From: Parachlamydiales bacterium
Lineage (GTDB): Bacteria; Chlamydiota; Chlamydiia; Chlamydiales; Parachlamydiaceae
Assembly: GCA_963709145.1 (NCBI GenBank)
Contig: CAVPVT010000053.1
Coordinates: forward strand, 15,819 to 79,818
DNA length: 64,000 bases
Direction: 5' to 3'
Shown here piece by piece: positions 29,636 through 38,500 of this stretch (the first letter of the stretch is position 1; every line of letters begins with the position of its first letter). Position numbers and translations under genes: made by a program. The notes below the pieces were generated by a model. It saw only the letters and a program-made list of their open reading frames with translations. It did no database searches and was not told where the DNA came from.

Positions 29636-30766
29636 CTGATATCATCATTAAATGAATGGAAACGGTCAGAAGGGATTGTGATGAAAGTGTTGCCTTCTCA
29701 GGGATGGATAACGCAAAGAATCAAAAAAAGAAAGTATCTATCTAATTATCATTGGCTTTTAAAACCCTTTGCGTCTTTGCGTTTTATTTATCTGAATCTA
29801 AATTAAATGCCTCGTTCAAAAGTATCCTCAGTCGGTGGGTATTTGGCGAGGACTAATATGGTCATTAAATTTTGAGCAGCAATATGACATCATATGAATG
29901 GAAACGGTCAGAAGGGATTGTGATGCAAGTGTTGCCTTCTCAGAGATGGATAACGCAAAGAAGCAGAGACGCAAAGGCGCAAAGAATCAAAAAAAGAAAG
30001 TATCTATCTAATTATCATTGGTTTGTAAAATCCTTTGCGCCTTTGCGCCTTTGCCTCTTTGCGTTTTATTTATCTGAATCTAAATTAAATGCCTCGTTCA
30101 AAAGTATCCTCAGTCGGTGGGTATTTGACGAGGACTAATATGGTCATTAAATTTTGAGCAGCAATATGACATCATATGAATGGAAACGGTCAGAAGGGAT
30201 TGTGATGCAAGTGTTGCCTTCTCAGAGATGGATAACGCAAAGAATCAAAAAAAGAAAGTATCTATCTAATTATCATTGGTTTGTAAAATCCTTTGCGCCT
30301 TTGCGTCTTTGCCTCTTTGCGTTTTATTTATTTGAATCTAAATTAAATGCCTCGTTCAAAAGTATCCTCAGTCGGTGGGTATTTGGCGAGGACTAATATG
30401 GTCATTAAATTTTGAGCAGCAATATGACATCATATGAATGGAAACGGTCAGAAGGGATTGTGATGCAAGTGTTGCCTTCTCAGGGATGGATAACGCAAAG
30501 AAGCAGAGACGCAAAGGCGCAAAGAATCAAAAAAAGAAAGTATCTATCTAATTATCATTGGCTTTTAAAACCCTTTGCGCCTTTGCGCCTTTGCCTCTTT
30601 GCGTTTTATTTATCTGAATCTAAATTAAATGCCTCGTTCAACAAGTATCCTCATTCGGTGGGTATTTGGCGAGGGCTAATATGGTCATTAAATTTTGAGC
30701 AGTAATATGACATCATACGAATGGAAACGGTCAGAAGGGATTGTGATGCAAGTGCTGCCGTTTCAG
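29636..30766 (+). repeat. tandem array of four units (about 242, 282, 258 and 283 bp), each re-copying the recO start region and containing a long hairpin
   Basis: The recO start context (ATGACATCATATGAATGGAAACGGTCAGAAGGGATTGTGATGCAAGTG) recurs at 29884, 30166, 30424 and 30707, with a degenerate copy at ~29642. Each unit carries an AACGCAAAG.../...CTTTGCGTT inverted repeat, e.g. 29952-29987 pairing with 30030-30065. Confidence 0.9.
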
Positions 30767-31330
30767 GACGCTGACGCAATTTTTACGGTTTATACCCACG
30801 ATTTGGGTTTTGCGAAGTTTGTGCTTAAGTATGCTTTATCTTCCCGCCAAAGGGGGAAAGGTGTGCCTTCCCCTCTCGCGTTAACGGAATTCATTTATAG
30901 GCCCACAAGTGGAGAGTTATTGTCGTGTAAAGAGGCAACAGTTTTAGACTCCTTCCATGCTTTAAGAAAGAATCTGAGTCTAATAGAAGCAGGAGGAGCT
31001 CTTTTAAAGGCGTTGTATCAAACGCAACCTTTAGGAAAAGTTTCCGATAAATTGTATAAGCTGCTGCTCGTTTATTTGGATAAACTTCCTCAAGTAGAGG
31101 ATCCTAAAGTGTTGGTTGCCAGCTTTAAGCTTAAAATTTTACGCTACGAAGGGGTGCTTACCTTCCACAACCAAAATTTAGATCACCTTGAAGGGTTTCA
31201 TCCGGAAGAAGCCAAAATGTTGTTTGTAATGGCTCTTACACAATCTTTGGGAGATCTGAAGCCACTGCTCCTGACTGCCCCATTGGAAGAAAAAATCGAT
31301 CAACTGTTCAAAGAGTTTTCTGCAGGCTAA
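30707..31330 (+). CDS. recO: DNA repair protein RecO
   Basis: ORF 30695-31330, with the start set to ATG 30707. The N-terminal OB-fold pattern (SEGIVMQVLPFQDADAIFTVYTHDLGFAKFVLK) and the size fit RecO. Confidence 0.7.
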   Translation: MTSYEWKRSEGIVMQVLPFQDADAIFTVYTHDLGFAKFVLKYALSSRQRGKGVPSPLALTEFIYRPTSGELLSCKEATVLDSFHALRKNLSLIEAGGALLKALYQTQPLGKVSDKLYKLLLVYLDKLPQVEDPKVLVASFKLKILRYEGVLTFHNQNLDHLEGFHPEEAKMLFVMALTQSLGDLKPLLLTAPLEEKIDQLFKEFSAG

Positions 31331-31379
31331 TTCTTCTTGCCATAAAGCATAGGAAATTGCTAAGATCGTGCTCTTCCAG

Positions 31380-31463
31380 GCGAAAGTGGCGGAATTGGTA
31401 TACGCGCTACTTTGAGGTGGTAGTGAGGGAAACCTCGTGGGGGTTCAAGTCCCCCCTTTCGCA
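31380..31463 (+). tRNA. tRNA-Leu (anticodon GAG)
   Basis: The cloverleaf folds by hand: acceptor GCGAAAG/CTTTCGC, anticodon arm CTACT-TTGAGGT-GGTAG, a long variable arm, T arm GGGGG-TTCAAGT-CCCCC. Confidence 0.9.
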
Positions 31464-31506
31464 TCTTACGTGCTTTTAATCTCCTTTTCTGATAAGCTTT
31501 TAAAAT

Positions 31507-32298
31507 ATGGAAACTTTTGCCTACTGCACGGCCGCTTCGTATCAATTGAAGCCGCTCTATGAAATGCTGCGCAGTTTATATAAATCAACACTATATCGGG
31601 ATGTGATTCACATCGAGGTCCCTACGACCGGATTGGTGGGCGATGTATTTTTCTTTGCCTACGGTGCTTTTGCTTCTTGGGGATTATCCAAAGAGAATAC
31701 ATTGCAGTTTAGGGAAATGATTCGTACTTACGAAAATTTACCTCTCGAAGAAATTGAAGCCGATGAATTTACTTTTCAATATGGGGAGATCGCCAAGGTT
31801 GAAGAGGATGACATCACACTCCCTAACCCCGAAATACTTACAAAGTTAGCGATTTCTCACGGGATTGCCCAATCGGTTAAACTTGGCTCATTTGAAACAG
31901 CGATCCAAAAAACTTTCAACTCCACCCGGCAAATTCCTGAAGATTTGGCCAAACGGGGCAAGATTGCCCTTTCCAAAAAGGAGATCCGGCGAAAAATGGG
32001 TGAGCTTTTCATTGAAAGGAGCTCGATCAGCGTCCACGTAGATGTTTTAGATACGCCAGAGTTTTTTTGGGAATATCCGGAGCTTGAGACCTATTATAAG
32101 ATGATTACAAACTATTTAGACGTTTCCGCTCGTGTGCAGGTGCTAAACCAAAGGCTAGATATTATTCATGAACTGTTCGAAATGCTCGGTAATGAGTTGA
32201 ATCATCAACATTCGAGTCGATTGGAATGGACCATTATCTGGTTAATCATCATTGAGGTGGCATTGACCATCTTCCTCGATGTGTTCCGAATTTTTTAA
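31507..32298 (+). CDS. RMD1/DUF155 (YagE) family protein
   Basis: 263-aa ORF. The overall pattern ([13 protein letters not shown] ... [13 protein letters not shown] ... C-terminal TM helix [13 protein letters not shown]) is typical of DUF155. Confidence 0.65.
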   Translation: METFAYCTAASYQLKPLYEMLRSLYKSTLYRDVIHIEVPTTGLVGDVFFFAYGAFASWGLSKENTLQFREMIRTYENLPLEEIEADEFTFQYGEIAKVEEDDITLPNPEILTKLAISHGIAQSVKLGSFETAIQKTFNSTRQIPEDLAKRGKIALSKKEIRRKMGELFIERSSISVHVDVLDTPEFFWEYPELETYYKMITNYLDVSARVQVLNQRLDIIHELFEMLGNELNHQHSSRLEWTIIWLIIIEVALTIFLDVFRIF

Positions 32299-32503
32299 GT
32301 CTTTTATTCTCTTACTCATCAAAATTTATAAATGGACCATTAGTCCATTGCTTGGGAATTGTTGCCGCTTCTATCCAACTTGTTCTTCCTTTGCGCAGGA
32401 AGCTGTCGAAAAGTATGGATCGGTTAAGGGAAGCTGGCTCATCTTGAAGCGGATTCTTAAATGTGCGCCTTGGCATCCAGGCGGCCACGATCCAGTCCCA
32501 TAG
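32279..32503 (+). CDS. yidD: membrane protein insertion efficiency factor YidD
   Basis: 74-aa ORF with the YidD signature [27 protein letters not shown] ... [17 protein letters not shown]. Confidence 0.85.
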   Translation: MCSEFFKSFILLLIKIYKWTISPLLGNCCRFYPTCSSFAQEAVEKYGSVKGSWLILKRILKCAPWHPGGHDPVP

Positions 32504-32587
32504 ATTTAATTTAAAATATTTATTGTACAAATTTTATAATTATTCCATTGTGCAATTTCATATTTTAAATTGTCAAAAGGTGATGCG

Positions 32588-35500
32588 ATGAAGCGTTGCA
32601 CATTTAAAAAGATCTACTTTCAACTTGCCTTTTTGATTTTGTCGGTAAGTACACAAGTGGGGGCGAATCCCGCTGCTCCAATTGTGATGTCAGGCAAGGC
32701 GCAATTTGAAAATACGAATGCCTCAACCCTGACTGTGAGGACAGGCGATCGAGTCGTTATCAACTGGGATAGCTTCTCAATTAATCATGGGGAACTGACC
32801 CGTTTTGTCCAGCCTGGTAAAAATTCAGCCGCCCTCAATAGAGTCACAGGAGGCTCTCGTAGCGAGATCTTTGGAGCTCTTGATGCAAATGGTCGAGTTT
32901 ATTTGATTAACCCAAACGGTATCTTAATTGACAAAGATTCTCAAATTAATGCAGCCGCGTTTTTAGCTTCCACATTAGATGTGACCGATTCTAGCTTTAT
33001 GCAAAATGGGGACCTCTTATTTTCAGGCTCAAGCGATGGTACAGTCGTAAACTTAGGCACAATCAATGCCTTTGATGGAGATGTCATTCTATTAGGCTTC
33101 CAAGTCGACAATCAAGGTAAGATTATTGCTCCCCGTGGAACTGCAGGGTTAGCGGCAGGTCAAGAAATTCTTCTTCAGGTGGGAGGGGATAAAAAGTTTC
33201 TGATCCGTCCTAAAAAAGAATCGACTAAAACCGATCTCACCGGAGTCAACATGGGTGGGATGATTCAGGCGTTAAGGACAGAAATCCAGGCGGACGGCCA
33301 TGCCTATAACTTAGCTATTAATCATACGGGGATGATCGATGCCACAAGTGTGATGAGCAAAAATGGACAAGTTTATCTTTGCGCCCCTGAAGGCAATACC
33401 TGCATCAACGGTGCCATTCATGCTCCGCAAGGTGAAGTGCAAATCTTAGGAAATGTCGTTGGGATGTTCGACAATACGAAAATTGATACGTCCTATGCAG
33501 GTGGAGGAGGAAATATTTACATCGGGGGAGGCTATCAAGGCTCAGAACCCGAAAAAATCAATGCAGTCAAAACTTATATCAGCTCCGGCGTCGAAATTGT
33601 CTCAGACGCCCTTGTCACAGGTGATGCCGGTCAGGTGATCGTTTGGAGCGAAACCTCGACCCAATTTTATGGAGACATTTCTGCTAAAGGGGGCACTGAG
33701 TCAGGGAATGGTGGATTTGTCGAAATTTCCAGCCACGGCGACCTTGGATTTAACGGAACAGCGGACAGAACCGCATACAATGGTGTAGGAGGAACGTTAC
33801 TCCTCGACCCAAGAAATATCACGATTTCATCCACCGCAACTGCCAATATCTCACAAAACTTTGCGGGCCCTGTTGATATTTTCACAGTGACGAATCCTGC
33901 ACTACCTGCGAATGTCGGGACAGCGACAGGCACTCCCAATATCGCGACCGCGCTTACGACGGGAGATGTAGTTATTCTAACCCAAAACGATGGTGGTGCT
34001 GGCAACGGAGATATTTCGTGGGTAGAAAATTCTGATCTGACAGTCAATACACCTTTTAATCTGACTTTGAATTCGCTGAACAATATTTACATGTCTTCTC
34101 TTTACACCAATAATGGAAATGGAAGCTTTTTCTTAACAGCTGTCAATGACATTACTTTAGTAAATACAGATCCAGCCACCACAAGTGTAGGGGTAGGCGC
34201 CAATCTATTAGGTACAGGGGGAATTACCCTTACAGGTAACAATATCTCCCTTCTATCTTCAACGATCCCTGTTGAATTAAATAATGGTGGCAATATCTTG
34301 AATGGGAATATCACCATCAATGCCTCAGGAGGATATATTCAGCAAGGAGGTTCAGTTTTAGCGGCGAATGCTTTGGTAAATTCGACAAATGGAAATATTT
34401 ATCTAAATGCTTTGGGAGGAGATGCGTACATTCAAGGGGGCTCGGGGGGAAACACTAATGCCAGCTTGGTCAGTACGAATGAAAATGTCGTTGTCAATAT
34501 CGCAACAGGATCCTTGTATTTGGAAGGGGGAACAAATCTGGTAGTGGGATCATTCGCCCAAATCTCTTCAGGTCTGGAAACGTCCATTAACACCGGACTC
34601 GATCTTAATTTATACGGAACAGTAGGAACCGGTAGTTCCTCTTCTATTAACGGTTCATCTGTCATCATTACAACAGGAAGAGATCTTAATCTTGTAGGCG
34701 GCAGCGGAGATTTTAATTCTGCAACTATTGCAAGCGTAGCAGATGGAAGTTACAAAATTGGGAATAATTTATTGCTGCAGGGTGGATCACTGGATGAATC
34801 CTTCGCAACCATTACAAGTGCGGGTGGTAATCTTACATTTGCTGTCGTCGGAGATGTCAATTTAATTGCGGGAACCGCTGACAACACCTTTGCGCAAGTG
34901 GGAAACAATACAACGACAAATCCGGTCAATATCTCCTTCAATTCGATTGGAGGGGATTTAAATCTCCTCGCTAACTCTAATGCCTTAGGATTATTCAATA
35001 ATTACGCTGTGATTGGAAATGGTTCAACTAATACGTCGTTGAATTCCGAAATAGGCAATATTTCCATTAGTGGCAGCAATGGATCAAACCTTGTGTTACA
35101 AGGTGGAGCCCTCGATAACAGTAACTTTGCACAGATTGGAAATTTTGCTTTTTCTACTGCGACAACGTCACTCTCTGGTAATGTTTCGATCAATGGATTT
35201 GGTCAAGCAGTCTCCTTAAATCCGGCCGGCATTTATGCTTTGATTGGGCATGGAACTTTAATAGGCACTGTCACTAATATTTCTGGCAATATCGACATCG
35301 ATTTACCCGGAGGCGATTTAAACTTAAATCCCGGTGTGAATATCAACTCCTTTGCAGCCGTCGGCTTTTTAAATCCAACCACCAGTGCTACAGGGAATGT
35401 GGATGTCAACTTAGGCACCGGTGAACTATTCATGCAACCCTTTGGATTAAGCACGGCGTCGAGCTCTAATGCCGGCTCTACGATCGGTTTTTTAAATTTT

Positions 35501-38500
35501 GCAAATACACCCAGTGCGTTCGGACAGATCAATGTCAACGCCGGAACAGTCGAACTTATGGGATCGATAAGCCCAAACAATGGGGCCGTTATTGGTTTTG
35601 TAAATACAGGCAGCATCCTAGGAAGTTCTTCGATCTCGGTTACAGCCAACGATAATATCCTATTAGAAGCGGGAGCAGGGACAACGTTTGGTTCAAGCAA
35701 TGCAGTTATCGGTCAATTAACGGCAATCTCTGGTCCCAACTACATCGATTCCATTGCCGTTACATCCATTGGTGGTAATGTCACTCTCGTGGGGAATTCT
35801 GCACTTAGTGGTGGAATAGCTTTAATTGGCAGTGAATTCCTTGGCACTGCTTCTGACTCCAATCAGGCGCAAAGCGCTGTGACTGTCTTGGCTCCCAATG
35901 GTACGGTGGGGTTGTATGGATCACCTCAGAATAGTAACTCACCAGGTGGACTTGCGATTATCAGTACAAATGCACTGACCCAACCCTATGATTTAAACAT
36001 CACTGCCGGCGAATTAACATTGATAGGAGGTTCAGCTTTAGGCGGAACAGGACAAGCGTTAATTACTAGCGCTAATAATACCTTTGTGAACGCAACCGGT
36101 GATTTTGAGCTAAACGCTCAAACAGGATCAGCCGTGTTTCAGACAGGCACAGGTCAATCCTCTTTCAAAGTAGGAGGAGATCTTATACTTAAAGGAGGCT
36201 CAGGAGCCTCCAGTATTGCATCAATCGGTACAAACCTGCCTCTAACCAATTCCGCAGATCTCACATTTGTAAATGTAGGAGGAGATGTTTACCTGGAAGC
36301 GGGTTCAGGATCGTTTGCGTCGGCTTTGATTGGACATGGACCTTTACCAGGGCAGGGATTTACAGGAAACCTCATCGGTAATATTGTCTTTGATAACATT
36401 GGCGGCAATGTCACTTTGTTAGGAAATACCTATTATGCGCAGATAGGTCACGTAGGTTCAACTGTTAGTGCTGTTCCTCTTTCCGGAGACATTATTTTCA
36501 CAAACGTAGATGGGGAAGTCAGTTTAACAGGCGGATCGGGAGCCGGCGCCACAGCCATTATTGGACATGGTAATGAAACTACTGCCAATGGGGCGACTTC
36601 CGTTGCCGGTTCGATCGCCATCAATGCTGGAGCAGTGAGTCTTCAAGGAGGGTCCAATGTGGCATCCAATGCGGTGATTGGATTTGACTCAGCTATAGGG
36701 GCCCCCCCGATCATCCAATCGAATGGGATCACAGTCACCTCAGCAGATGGGGTTAGCTTGACAGCCGGTCTCGGCAATGGAACAACGATTGCAGGGGGTT
36801 CTGCAGTCATTGGGTACTACAATCCCAACCAAACTGCTAACGTAGTTATTGATACCATCAATGTCACGGCCAAGAGTGGAGATATCACGCTAACAGCCGG
36901 CTTTGCACCTGCAGCTCCTTCGACAGCTGCCTTTATCGGAACCTACGTAGCACTTGCTGGAACTGGAAATAGCGAAATTAAAGTGACCACTCCCGGAAAC
37001 CTGATTTTAAATGTTCCATCTAGTGCAAGTTTAGGATTAGCGGCCATATATAATTCTGCTCCCAATAGTAGGACAGCGTTAGATGTCTCAATTGATCCTG
37101 CTGAAGTGATCCTTTTAAGCGGAACAGCGTCACCTCCAGGAACAGCGGCGATTTATTCCAGCAATAACCTGAATCTCGACTTTGTCGACAGTTTAGACAT
37201 TAATTATGACAAATCCAACCCAACGATAGTGCAGACAGGGTCAGCTTTTGTCAGAGCAAATAATAGCGTCTTCATCAATACAGACAAACCTTCGCTCGGG
37301 ACCGTCACAATACAAGGGCCTTCCTCTTTAGCTCAAGTCTCCACCATTGAAGCTTTGAATGGAGATGTGATCATCGGAACACGTCATGCAACAGGTGCAG
37401 GCATTGTCAATGTGGGAACAGGAATTCAAGTAGGGCCTGCGGCAATTTTATCAGACTTTGGTAATCTCGCTGCAAATGTTCAGGGACCTGTCAATGTCAT
37501 GGGAGGAGTTCCAGTTGGGTCTAATTCAACGATCGCTGGTTTCAAAAACTTAAATTTGAAGGCTTTTGAAGATATTAACTTGATATCGGCGGGTTTGGGG
37601 GGATCTACAATCACTTCCACATCTGGTAATTTGACAGTGGCAACAGAAAACGACGTGAACAATTCGGGCATCATCTTTAATGATGGTGGCACAAATGGAG
37701 AGGCTAACATCTACGCGAAAGGTTCCGTAAATGTTCCTGGGGGATCGATTGAAAACTTTGGTAATGGTGATACCAATGTGAAAGCTGGCCAAGATGTGAA
37801 CATTACTAATGCAGGAGACATTTTTGCCACTGGAACCGGCGATGTGAATGTGACTGCAGGGCGTGACTTTGATCTTTCAGCTTCAAACCTCAGTAGTGGG
37901 GGTGGAATCAATGTTAACACCGGAAGAGATATCAATCTGACAGATGGTTCGATAATTTCTCAGACGATTGCAAATACAAGTGGTATCGAGATGAACGCCG
38001 GCCGCAACCTGACGATCACAACCACAACGGGACCTACAACAATTTCTCAGCTCGGTACAGGTGAAACAGCACTCCACGCAGGACAAGATTTTGTGATGAA
38101 TTTAGGCTCTTCTCTGACGACAGCTGGATTAGATACATCTGTAACTGCCGGCAGAGATCTCAGCATCACCGGCAGCGCTATCACTCAAACTGGAACTAGC
38201 ACTTTTACTCTGAATGCAGGGGAAGATGTCAATCTCTTAGGAGCTACCACCATCACGACTGCGGCTGAAAGTGCAAACTTCAGTTCCGGACAAGATTTCA
38301 ATATTGCTGTCAGCACAATCACCCAAACTGGGACCAGCACATTTACTCTGAATGCAGGGGAAGATACCAATATTTCAGCAGGTACCTCCATAACCACGGC
38401 TGCTGAAAATGCTTCTTTGAGCTCAGCACAGAACTTTAACCTAACAGACAGTAGTATTACGCATACAGGCTCCAATACTTTTGCACTAACCGCAGGGGAT

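Noticed and set aside
29872-30705. Three ORFs of 80-97 aa starting MSSNMTSYEWKRSEGIVMQVLPSQ...
   Set aside because: They exist only because the tandem array re-copies the recO start. After ~24 aa they read through the hairpin arms (RSRDAKAQRIKKRK ... FAPLRLCLFAFY). I treat them as by-products of the repeat and report them under the repeat finding, not as genes.
29636-30766. CRISPR array
   Set aside because: Whole 242-283-bp units are repeated head to tail with no unique spacers. No cas genes are in the window.
31360-31545. 61-aa minus-strand ORF
   Set aside because: It completely overlaps the hand-folded tRNA-Leu(GAG) and the start of the RMD1-like gene.
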